A DNA stretch of 64,000 nucleotides from Takakia lepidozioides (taxonomy: Eukaryota > Plantae > Bryophyta): NCBI GenBank assembly GCA_030704615.1, contig CM060734.1, positions 36,146,001 through 36,210,000 of the forward strand. The letters run 5' to 3'. Below the pieces are notes generated by a model. The model saw nothing but the letters and a program-made list of their open reading frames with translations, was not told the origin of the DNA and ran no database searches. Within the stretch, counting starts at the first letter, position 1. Each line of letters starts with the position of its first letter. Below are positions 1 through 10,480 of this stretch, in pieces. Both the position numbers and the translations under genes were made by a program.

Positions 1-36
1 ATTGTCATGTAGAAACTGGTGCAGGCGATTAATCTG

Positions 37-558
37 CTAGGGAGCAAGGTGATCACCCACCTTGATATCCTTTAATACTTGCTGGAAATGTTGCTCTACC
101 TCAGGAGTAAGCAGGCTTTTGTCAGTGGAACCAGAGTGAGAGGCAAATGCCTGGAGTTGGTCCACAGGGGAGTCCACCAGCCCAATATCATGAAGACTGA
201 GACCTTTCTGAACAGAGGTCAGTTCAAACAAAGGAGTAGCAGTGAGTCTAGCAAAGACCTGACCCCTATGTATACTGATGCTGATGTGTTTAGGATTAGC
301 AAGCAGTAACCTGACTTCACCTTTGAAACCTCGGTCTAAAACCCCAGAAGCAATCAGACAGTGCTTTTGGATGGTAAGTTTCTTCCAGCCCTCAATCTCA
401 AGGAAATGACCTGCAGGGCAAGCAAAAGCTAGACCTGTAGGTACTATTCGCTGAGAAAAAGCAGGGATGATGAAGTCAACAGGAGAACATAGCAAAAGGG
501 AATTCTTTGCCACGGGCAGGGGAGGTCCAGACTTCTTATCTAGTGGAGGGAAATGCCA
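37..558 (-). pseudogene. dUTPase-like domain within pol, downstream of the protease
   Basis: 'IIPAFSQRIVPTGLAFACPAGHFLEI', motif-3-like 'GVLDRGFKGEVRLLLAN', motif-4-like 'IHRGQVFARL'. Motifs 1, 2 and 5 are degenerate. Confidence 0.75.
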
Positions 559-1190
559 TTAGTACAAGGTATCACCAAGTGGGTGGAACTGGCTGAACCT
601 GGCCCAATTATAATGCAAACCCACCTGCTCCTTCATCTGCTCAGCTTGAAGCTTGAGACGAGAATAGTTGGCCATAGAGGTCCCAGCAGCAATGGTAACA
701 TGGTTTAGATTCACCTTGTAAGGTTGCCTTTCACCATTGTGAAGACACATAATGTTATTCATGATGTCAATGCTAGCCTCTACACCCTTTATCCAATCCA
801 GACCCAGCAAAACTTGTTCACCCATGGTGACAATGCAGGTCAGCAAGACAGTTTTCCCACTAATGTGGATAGGTAAGGTGACTAACCCAATAGGTTCATA
901 AGCCGTGCCATCAGCTATGGTAACCACAAGGCCATGAGCAGAGCCAATCTTTAATCCAAGAATACGAACTGTAGTAAGTGGAATGGCAGACATGGTATAG
1001 CCCGTATCAATAACACATGGAAAGGAAAGGTGGCCCACATGGCATTGTGTCATCAATGGGTGGATACGGTCCCGTTTATAGGCTTCACAGTGCATGAGTT
1101 TGAAATCACGAGAAAGAACAGCACTTACCAGCGTGTTGGGGTTCTTACCATGGTCATCTGGCACCCTCACAGACGACCTGGTTCGTTTAA
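559..1190 (-). pseudogene. Retropepsin-type aspartic protease of pol
   Basis: 'CVIDTGYTMSAIP', 'VTIADG', 'VLLGLDWI' motifs. Ends at an in-frame TAA (559-561) in frame with the dUTPase ORF. Confidence 0.85.
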
Positions 1191-1191
1191 A
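1137..1191 (-). promoter_or_regulatory. -1 programmed ribosomal frameshift signal (U UUA AAC plus stem-loop/pseudoknot) at the gag/pol junction
   Basis: Minus strand reads ACT TTA AAC GAA CCA GGT CGT CTG TGA; the -1 frame runs into the protease ORF. After a 6-nt spacer, GGUCGUCUG pairs with CAGAUGACC, and loop GGGU can pair with downstream ACCC. Confidence 0.8.
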
Positions 1192-2369
1192 GTACCCTGT
1201 TGTTTCTTATCCCTTTGTAACTGTTCAATCAGGGCAAGCAAGTCAGATTGGTAAGGGCACCACCTGGTGTAATGCTTGATGGACTTGCAAATCATGCAAG
1301 CCACCATTGAGGTCCTGGTGTCATGACGCATGCCAGCATGGGCTTTACCTTGAGTCCCGGATCTGGCAGGGACTGCAGGGTTCCAGCCTACCTCAGCCTT
1401 GAAGGCTTGCAGTTCTCCCTGGATTTCATTACGAAAGGATGATAACTCATGCACAATGGAAGGGACCAGATCTGCTGCAATACCTTTCACCCCAGGGTCC
1501 CCATCAGTAGGCTCTACACAGTGATTCTCACTAGCTAGATGAGTGTGTTTTGTGTTGGCAACTTTAGACAGACCTGCCTTAGCAGCTTTGAGACGTAACC
1601 TTTCTTCAATCAATTCCACCATCTCATCTTCAGTGGTGTAAGACTGTTTTTGCATAAACACTTTCTCAGCAGGGGGCAAGCCTTTTACAAAACAATGTTT
1701 CAAAATAGCATGTCTCTATGATGTAATCAAAACCGACTTACAAATTGCAGTTCGTAAATCAGTGTAGTATTTCCACACACTGTCGCCATAATGAAATTTT
1801 AAGTCTGGTGTGGTGTAAGCTATGGGCTTTTCTTCACGAAAGAGCTTGCGAGCCAACTCTCTGGCTTCGACCCACGTAAGATCATTTTTGTCCTTAATGT
1901 TGGACTCAAACATTTGCCTGGCCTCTCCCTTGAGACAGATCCGAAAGGACTTGACTTGGAATCGTGGGGGAACTCCATTCATTTCAGTGCTGATTTCAAA
2001 AAATTCCAAGAAGGACTCAAAATCCTCCCCTAAGTTGTACTCAGGGTATCGCTGCTTATGCATTCGCTCTCCATGATCAGATTTTCATGGAGTAGTATCC
2101 GTAACTTTAGATTGTTTCAGCAACATCTTCAAAAGGGGGGGGGGATTTGAAATCACCCCCATGGCTTCACACAGCTCATCCAAATCAAATGTGGGATGAG
2201 GCACAGTCGCTGGATCTTTGTGATCTCCGGACGACTCTCCCCTTTCCATATTATTCTTTTCATTAGTTGTTGACTTTTCCCTCTCCTCCGCTGCACGTTT
2301 TTCCAACTCACTCAGTCCCATTGTCTCTTCTGTTTCCTTTTCTAGCATAGATCTTGTAAATACAGGCAT
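1167..2369 (-). pseudogene. gag: gag polyprotein with CCHC zinc knuckle; two in-frame stops
   Basis: ORFs 2085..2369, 1716..2063 and 1167..1703 share one frame (gaps 21 and 12 nt). MPVFTRS N-terminus, capsid-like 'EDFESFLEFFE...CLKGEARQMF', knuckle CMICKSIKHYTRWC. Confidence 0.85.
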
Positions 2370-2387
2370 GAGAAGAGAAGGACACGG

Positions 2388-3307
2388 CTACCTGTCCGAA
2401 GGAGCACTAAGTTGCGAGTCCCACCCAGACACACAGTGGGAGGTGATGAAGCGGTTCTTGTGCAGCAGGTACACTCCTTCTCCCAAGAATGCCCACAGTT
2501 CTTCTTCTCCCTTGAGCCAAAAAACCACGTGCACAATGTTGCGCACCACTTTCTCTTTCACCAACAGCGTGTGTGCAGAATATGTCTGAGCTTCTTCGGC
2601 CTTGTAGAGACCTACTGTTTCACGCCGAAAACACACCCCCGGAAAGATCAATAAATCACTGGGACAAAAAGGAAATTCAGAGTCAGAGATACCCGCGATG
2701 AGCTCTTCCCAAGTGGGATCCCGGGTAGGGGCTGGCGGAACTCAAGGCCTTAAATTAGCAAGCAGGATAGATGTTCCTCCCTTAACCAGTTCCCACAAGC
2801 GTAGAGGGCTCGGCTTGTCAGGAGGCGGGAAGCTCTCAAGCTCCCACCCAATTCTCGACTCACAGAGAATTGTGGAATGCCCAAGACAGCCCAGCTAAGC
2901 TTCTTACCACTCTCCAACTGCTCTTTGGCACTAGCAAGGGGGATTTGTAGAGTGACTTCCCTATAGTGAAGTTTGAGGAGCAGGCGCGCAACATAGGCCC
3001 CCTAAAGAGATTCGCGAATGCGCCTGGTTTGCTCCCTCTGCTCCGCTTTGGTGCGTATGGGTTTGCAGGCTTCCTTGCACGCGGTTTCCTCAAAGGTTTT
3101 GGCCCAGAACTCCGAGGGCGTGTCTAGCGGGAGCTCAGGGCGCGGAATAGGTTCTCCCTCTAGGTAATCAACAAAGACCAACTGCTCATTCAATAGGTTG
3201 CGCGCAAGCTCGCAAATATAACGAGATTCCAACGCCAGAGTTTGCTTCAAGCGCGGGACTTCGAATTGATCAAGTTCAAACCAACCACGCTCAGAATTGG
3301 AAGCCAT
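2388..3307 (-). pseudogene. Extra ORF (~300 aa, unknown function) between PBS and gag; 2 stops plus about 1 frameshift
   Basis: MASNSERGWFELDQFEVPRLKQTLAL... reads through TAG at 3002-3004. After a shift it continues ESRIGWELESFPPPDKPSPLRLWELV...P*VPPAPTRDPTWEELIAG into ORF 2388..2651. Confidence 0.55.
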
Positions 3308-3569
3308 AGTGTTTGTACGTGAGGTCAGACACGAAATCGGAGGTGATCGCCGAAGAGATGCAGCAACGCAGCAAACCAACACTACTATGCTAAACTCTCA
3401 AAACACAGAAAAACACGAGCATACAAACTTTCTCTCTCTCTCCTTGCGCGCAAGACACCAGCCGCCATTTTGCCACCACCTCTCCCTGCAATCATGGAGG
3501 ATCCCCCGTACCCAATCTACTGTTCTCAGGTGTTCCGTACCCACTAAATCCTCTGTCAACGATTTTGGT

Positions 3570-3587
3570 TACCCCGCATCTCCACCA
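3570..3587 (-). promoter_or_regulatory. Primer-binding site complementary to the tRNA-Ala 3' end
   Basis: The + strand reads TACCCCGCATCTCCACCA, matching the recalled 3' 18 nt (incl. CCA) of plant cytosolic tRNA-Ala(AGC). It abuts TG (LTR terminal CA on minus). Confidence 0.85.
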
Positions 3588-4140
3588 TGATTCCGGCGCT
3601 ATGGGTTTGCTCCCCTTCCTCTACCGGACTTGACCTTATCTGGGGAATGTAGTCGGTAGAAGGGCCTAGCAGAGAAGACGGAATCTTACTAAGAAGAAGC
3701 CACAGACTCACACCTCCAAACACTTTCATCCAACCACTCAAGCACACCGTTACGCCCAATGTACGCTCGCGTAAGACCCAAAAAACCACCAACCTCACTG
3801 CCACGGCAGTGAGGCTTAAATAGTATTAGGTCATAATCTAATCCTAGTGTCGTGTGGCACTTACACATAGGTCCACCAGATGTCCTTCCAACACAGCCAT
3901 AGAAAGAAACCAGATCACCCAGTCCCATCCTAATCTGATCCTAAATTAGCTGTTAGAATAAGACAGCCCCTAATAAAGCCATCAGCTGTTGCCAGCTCAT
4001 CCTCATGCGCAAGGTGTAAGTCCATCCAGCCTTCATCCTGGCTTCGTCCATCCCTTAAATCATCCGGAGCGCATCCCTCCTCCATTCATCCATGTTGAAA
4101 AGTAAGGTGGGAAGGAATCCCAGCTCCACAAGCCCTGATA
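3588..4140 (-). repeat. Probable 5' LTR of the dUTPase-bearing element
   Basis: Ends ...GAATCA on the minus strand directly before the PBS. TATTTAA TATA-like motif on minus at ~3817-3823. Outer boundary uncertain (4130 or 4140); the partner LTR lies outside the window. Confidence 0.55.
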
Positions 4141-4144
4141 ATGT

Positions 4145-5480
4145 TTGTTTGTTTTTTTTTTTTTTTTTTTTTTTAAAATTTAGAAAGGGAAACACCTGGG
4201 AGCGACAGCTCACAAATCAGGCCCCTTGATAGAGAGAGGAGAAAATAACCTCTCAGTAACCTCGCCGTAAGGCTTCAAGGTTTTATTTGGAATTATTGGA
4301 GGGAAAAAAATAAAACCCTCGAGAACACCATGAGGCACACACACCGATGCCAGTGATTAACAAACCAAACTACTCCCTATGGAGTACTTACAGAACAACT
4401 TACTCAGAGACGAGTAATGCAGATCTTGCGACTTAAGTGGGAACTGATTTCTGGCCTGCCTATGAGTGGGCTAGCCTAATATTTATCTTTGAAAGATCAC
4501 TTGCTCTGCCTACTTAACCAGTTCATGTCTCTATCGAATTCCAGCGAAGCGATGGAGTGTTGCACCGATGTTGCTCCAGCAGGGTGGAGGTTTTTTGTTC
4601 CATTCGCAGTGTTCTTGGGAGTAGCTGCAACAGATGATTCCTTTGATGTGCCCAGGTGTTGGCGCGGCGCGGCGAAGGCAGAATGTAGTTGCCCTGCGAT
4701 CCGTGGTTTTCTCTGAACATCAGCACATAGTTTTTTCCAAACCTTTCTTGCTTCAATTTGTAAGTCATAGTAAATAGCTGCCAAGAAAGTAGAAACTGAG
4801 CATGTAGTTCCAGAGAACGTTTGGTTGCACCTTATTTTCCAAAGATGCCATAGGGTAGAGCTTCTAAGAGTGTCAAAGACTGGGCACGGATTGGCCTTCT
4901 GTTTAGTGTTGGGATCGTAATTTAGCATTATGGAAAGTGGGGTCCAGATCACCGTATCCCATCGACTGTAAAAGGTCTTAATGTGGGGCCAAACCGCCGC
5001 AGGGCCTGACATTGCAGGAGACAATGTTCCTGGGATTCCAAAGTCGCTACAAAGCAGCATTTACAATGAAGCAGTGTTTTTTTTTTTTCATATTTCCAAA
5101 ATCGCTGGCGGGGCCACCTGTGAATTCTACGCAGTGCCCATGTGGCGAGAATATCGAGGTGGCAGAGTTAGAAAAGTGGCTATATTCCAGGTGTCACGTT
5201 TTAACTGGTCCACGTTGGCATGATTAAGCCCCTGAAATTTATCTGCTGTTGCTTTTTGGCGAAAATGTCAGATTTTACCCCCCATAATTCCTTTAAACAA
5301 GTAGCTGACGTAGTTTCCAGGTCGAAATTTGGCGATTTTTCGCCAGAAAGAAAAACACTGCAATGAAGGGCGTCATTGAACCTTAACCATTCACCAACCT
5401 TTAAGCACCATGTTCGTTATTTGCCATAAGAAGGGTGACATTTTGGCCGATCTAGTCTTTGTCCAAATGTTTTATAATAT
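4145..5480 (-). mobile_element. 5'-truncated L1-type LINE 3' end (zf-RVT, C-terminus, 3' UTR, poly(A) tail)
   Basis: With the MITE removed, the minus strand gives IWTKTRSAKMSPFLWQI...LHCKCCFVATLESQEHCLLQC (zf-RVT CCHC), then 'TLWHLWKIRCNQTFSG'. Poly-T at ~4152-4174 on +. Confidence 0.8.
5072..5360. mobile_element. hAT-type MITE (289 bp) inserted in the LINE
   Basis: TIRs CAGTGTTTTT...AAAAACACTG. Perfect 8-bp TSD CAATGAAG at 5064-5071 and 5361-5368. Confidence 0.9.
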
Positions 5481-5624
5481 TACTGCCATATTTGGAAGAT
5501 AATAGAAATAATGTAAGAACTTAATGCACACGTGCAACCTCTGACGGGATGGTAGGCCGGTTTTCGGCATGTCAAATCTTCCCCACCCTCTCTTGAGAGT
5601 GATGTGGAACTGAAGGAGTGTAAA

Positions 5625-5850
5625 CTCCAGTTGGGGTTACACTGGGTTACATGACGAGGTGTGTAACTCCACATGGGGTTACACAGATTGGGGTGTAACT
5701 CCAGTCGATGTAACCCACACTTGGTCTCGAAATTTGACTAAGTGCAAATGTGGCTAAGTATAAAATGGACTAACCAGGGTTACATGAGAGATAGGGGTTA
5801 CAGGGGGTTACAGAGGGTTACACGGATTGGAATAAATATACCAAGGTTAC
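5625..5850. repeat. Cluster of GGGTTACA/TGTAAC(T/C)C motifs in both orientations; probable DNA-transposon subterminal repeats
   Basis: About 10 copies of the motif within ~220 bp. Confidence 0.5.
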
Positions 5851-5857
5851 ACTACAA

Positions 5858-5930
5858 GAGCCCCCCATCAAGAATCGAACGCAGAACCTCACCACCTACA
5901 TTGCAATCACCTTACCATCACGCTACCCAC
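5858..5930 (-). other. tRNA-derived (SINE-head-like) sequence with Pol III A and B boxes
   Basis: Minus strand has TAGCGTGATGG (A box-like) and GTTCGATTC (B box) at tRNA-like spacing; no convincing cloverleaf. Confidence 0.35.
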
Positions 5931-6249
5931 CACAACTTGGACTAGGGCTTCGCGTTGCTCCACACTACTAGCGACGAATTCTGAGAACTACGTTCAATTT
6001 TTCACAAAAAGGGGTGGGTCATCCCCATGGTGTTACATACATACATCCCATATTTCATTGTTTTCCGGAAGAAGAACGGCGGAGTGTTGCCGAAGCTACC
6101 ATAGTATTTTTATTTTTCAAAGGAAAGAGGGCCGAAATCCTGCTGGTCCCTCCTCTTCGGCATCCCCAGAGTTTGGGAAGCATAAAAAGGGGTGGGTCAC
6201 ACCCAGAGTGTTACATACATACATCATGTGTTTCTTTGTTTTTCAAAAA

Positions 6250-6455
6250 AATGGTGGATTGTTGCTGAGGCTACCACATCTTGTTTAGCCATTCTGTCAA
6301 ACGCTGAGAATGCATCCTTCATACTCCCACATTTGGCATACATGTCAACTAGAGTAGTCTCCGGAATGATATCTGGGGCAATCCCAGCTTGGGTGATGTC
6401 AGCATCGACCTTTTTGCCCTTTTCCAGGGCTACTTGGCTGGCACATGCACGAGAA
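6250..6455 (-). pseudogene. PLS-class PPR fragment
   Basis: 'ALEKGKKVDADITQAGIAPDIIPETTLVDMYAKCGSMKDAFSAFDRMAKQDVV'. Confidence 0.85.
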
Positions 6456-7319
6456 TACAAATGAACCGGAGGTTTTGATACAATTGAAAGATTTGTATTA
6501 TGAATGTTCTTTATATGATATTTTTAAATTTTCAATTGGTTTCTACCATGGAGCCTGGCCAATGACAGAGACACTCTACTTGAAAAACTGCTATAATCTT
6601 GCTTGTTGCATGATTGAACCCTCCTACTCCACAAAGCACTCTGCGTTTGACCTGTAACTGAAGAGCTATGCTGCTGATTGGAGTGATGTTGCAAGTAGGG
6701 GCCCGACCAGTGATCTACACAAGGAATGGAAATGCTGGTGGAAGGCATCGTTGCAAGGCAGAGCTGCCCGGAGACTAAATGCTAATCTTGAACCACATGT
6801 GACTGCATAATGACCCTGTCTGCAGCAAATTAGCATTGGAAACCAATTAGACTCAAGTCTGGACACCTTGCATACACTTGGGAGGCACTAACATTTCTCA
6901 CATGACTGCAGGAGAGAAAAAATTAGATTGAACAACTCCAAAACCCTAAAGTAGGTCAACTACGTCAACCCCTCACCGACAAAAGGCTGAAAAGCCAGTT
7001 GACAGGCGATTCTCCAAGGCATTGTTCAATGCAGGGGCCCACATCTGCCCTCAACAGTTAGTGCGAGTTGTGGGCAAACCTATGGACCACCGTCACTTAC
7101 CCTAATTCTGTCTGCAAGATTCTATGTGGCTAGCACCATTGTGGAATCATGCAGGTGACTTAGGCATAAGCTCAGTCGACAATGTTGCTAGAGAGAGCCC
7201 CAACATGATCATATGACAAGAATCAACTTGCTTATCCTACAAGCAGTTGACTGCTTGACACTGCAGCCTCAAACCCCCCAGCATTGTCATGGAGCAGCAT
7301 CTAATTGGCATCTACTGGT

Positions 7320-8000
7320 CGAAGAGAATGACACAGGCCTTGGGAACACAAATGAACGTAACCTTGTTGGGTATCACCCCTTCCTGTATCATTTGCTGAT
7401 AGATATCTAAAGCCTCTACACCAAACCCATGCTGAGTATATCCTGCGATCGACATTGCGCTGGGATTGCGCTCCCTGATACCACATCTTGCTCAGCCATG
7501 TTGTCAAACACATCCCGTGCATCCTTTAAGCTGCCGCATTTGGCATACCTGTTAAAAAGTGCATTTTCTAAAGAGATATATGAGGCAACTCCATCGTTGA
7601 TGATGTCAGCATGGACCTCTTCCAGGGCTGTTATGCTGGCACATGCATTGAGAATGGAAATGAGCGTGACCTTGTTGGGTGTTATGCCTTCTCGTATCAT
7701 CTGCTCATACATCTCAAAAGCCTCCATCATTGCACTCCATGAGACCACAATTCGTTGAGACGTTTTGTCAAAAACTTGTCTGGCATCGTTCAAGCTCCGA
7801 TACTTGGCATACATATCGACAAAGGCAGTGTCCAGAAAGATGTCAACTCATGGACCTCTGTACTTTTTTCCAGGGCTCCTAGGCTGGCACAAGCATTGAG
7901 AACAAAAATGAATGTAATAATGTTGGGTGTCACACCTCATGAGAAGCACATTGCTCAGCTTTGCAAGCCAAACAGGTACTTCCCGCAAAATGTCAGTATT
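7320..8000 (-). pseudogene. PLS-class PPR fragments (frameshifted)
   Basis: 'MYAKYRSLNDARQVFDKTSQRIVVSWSAM...GITPNKVTLISILNACAS...YAKCGSLKDARDVFDNMAEQDVVS'. Confidence 0.85.
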
Positions 8001-8399
8001 CACTGCCCCTGGATCTGCAACACCGTTGACAAAAATACAACATTAAGCACTCAATCTGTAGGGAAGTAGATAAAGTTGAGGAGTGGGTCTGAGGAGAAGA
8101 CCGTGCACGACTGAGATGTGAGAAGAGTCATCACTTGAGTGCAGCCGACGATGAAGCTCATATGAGAAGAGGAGTAAACACACTGCACAACACCCCACCA
8201 TCACTCATTTGAAAAATAATACAAAGACAAACACCTGCAGTCCTATTGGTCATGTACACCTTTGTCCCGCACCCACGGAAGTAGCAACAGAGTTTTGGCA
8301 GGAACAACAGCCAGAAAGAAGGCAACCTACTTTTGGAGCTCTCACAGATTTGCGCTAGGCTATACGAATTGCCACAACAGGCTGTCTGCATTGTGCCTT

Positions 8400-10480
8400 T
8401 GACCAAGTGTCCTTCATCCATCTACAAGCTTTGCACTACATCACAAAGAAGTACCTTACAGAAGCATACCTTCATCCCGCGCCCCTGCTGTGCATACCCT
8501 GCAAGCATCGCGTTCCACGACACCACATCTCGGTCAGCCATAGTGTTGAAAACTCCCTTCACATCCTTAATTCACCCACATTTTGCATCCATGTCCACCA
8601 AGGCAGTGTTCAGGATGACATCTGGTACAATTCCAGCTTTGACCATGTCACCATGGACCTCTTCCCCCTTTTCCAGAGCTCCTAGGCTTGCACACACATT
8701 GCAAACAAAAACAAATGTGATGTGGTTACCCCTTCGCATCCTTAATGCACCCACATTTTGCATCCATGTCCACCAATGCAGGGTTCAAGATGACATTAGT
8801 ACAATTCCAGCTTTAACGATGTCACCATGGACCTCTTTCCCCTTTTCCAGAACTCCTAGGCTTGCACACGCATTGCAAACAAAAAAAAATGTGATGTGGT
8901 TGGGCTTCACCCCTTCGCACATCATTTGCTCATAGGTCTCCAAAGCCTCCATCCAGCACCCTTGTTGTGCATATCCTGCAATCATCGCACTCCATGACAC
9001 CACATCTCGTTCAGCCAATGCTATCGAGCACTCCCTTTGGATCCTCAATGCACGCTGCCAGGCTTGCACACGCATCGTAAATGCACAGAAACGTGATGTG
9101 GTCGGGCTTCACCCCTTCCCCCATCATTTGATCATAGGTCTCCAAGGCCTCCATACCGCCCTTGCTGTACATACCCTGCAAGCATCGTGTTCCACATGAT
9201 CAAAGATGGTTGAGCCTTTCTGTTGAACACTTGGTGAGCATCCATGATGCTCCTGCACTTAACATACATGTTGACAAGGGTGTTGAGTAGAAAAACATTT
9301 GGCGGGAATCCCACTTAGGATAATGTGAGTGTGCATCTGCTTTCCAGCTTCCAGACCTTTCATCTCGATGCACTTAAGCAAGAGACAAACATACATTCTG
9401 AAATGCCTCCTTGGTTTAAAGTCTGTAGAGCCTCTGTCAGACTGCCTGCCGCACAAAGCATCTTCACATGCCCAGAAGTGCCAGAAGAGGGATTGTGGAC
9501 TCCCTCTCTTGATCCTCTTTCAGAAGCTGTTGTCATGGTTGAGGTGCCTGATTTTAGCAAAGGTGCCGCTGCAGCTGCTGCCTTTAGGTGACCATCTACC
9601 CATGCAAGTTTCTTGTAGCTATTGATCCACAGGGAATCATAGGTAATCTGGAGCTTGAAGTTCTAGGAAACACCCAACTCAACTTATGAACAGGATGAAA
9701 TTTTTTGAAGAAGGTGCCTTCATTATCTGACTCTGTGAAAATGCCTCCATGGTTCAAAAATTTCAGAGCCTCTTTCAGTGTGCCTCATATAGTGTCCTCA
9801 CAAGTTCAGAAGCGCCAGAAGAAATCTTGAGAACTTCCTCCCAGGGTCCTCTTTTGGAAGTGGAGATCATTGTGGAGGTGCCTGATTTTATCAATTGTGT
9901 TGCCACTGCCCCTTGAAGATGACCATCTACCCTTGCAGATTTTTTGTAGCTGTCAATCCTCAGTGGCTCATATACACTCTGGTGCTTGAAATCAGGACCT
10001 CTCGGATGGATCTGCACCCACGCTTCATCCCTGTTTCTTTCAGCTAACCCTGCCTAGGCAACAGTATGGTCCTGTGCTAAGAGCTGACAATGATAACCTA
10101 AAATTTATCTAGCAAACACCTCGACCATACTTACCACACACTTGTTCTGGTGCTGCATTGCTGACAATTTGTGAGAAAGTTTTTTCAATGCGCCTATTAT
10201 CCCATTGGCAGTAATATGTGCAAAAAATCCAAACCACCATAGATTCACCCAACGAGGTAACTTAAAAACACAAAGTGAAAAATTGGGAATGAATCTGATA
10301 AGAGGACAAAACAAGACTAAATGGTTGAAGAAGAAAGTGCCCGCACTAGTTGTCCTTGATCTTGTCTCATGAAAGCAGCTAGCTTTTCTTTCACCCAAGG
10401 AGGATTCAACCAACTCTCAATCCAAAGGACCTCATGCGTGTGCTGCTTATGTCTATAGTCTGGTGATCTTGGATCGGTCT
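8400..10480 (-). pseudogene. PPR editing-factor pseudogene copy: upstream PDF-like motifs (9590-10480) followed by PLS repeats (8400-9460)
   Basis: 'PRSPDYRHKQHTHEVLWIESWLNPPWVKEKL', 'HPRGPDFKHQSVYEPLRIDS', 'NFKLQITYDSLWINS', then 'CAAGSLTEAL', 'PNVFLLNTLVNMYVKC', 'DVVSWSAMIAGYAQQG'. Many frameshifts. Confidence 0.8.

Larger units (their letters stand above)
1..4140 (-). mobile_element. Ty3/Gypsy-like LTR retrotransposon, 5' half (LTR-PBS-extra ORF-gag-PR-dUTPase-pre-RT linker); runs off the left edge of the window; degenerate
   Basis: PBS at 3570-3587, gag with CCHC knuckle, aspartic protease DTG motif, dUTPase-like domain, then a 'DIKVGDHLAP*QINRLHQFLHDN' segment resembling the Gypsy pre-RT linker. 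Several in-frame stops. Confidence 0.85.

Noticed and set aside
5858-5930. Functional tRNA gene
   Set aside because: A and B boxes are present, but acceptor and anticodon stems do not pair convincingly.
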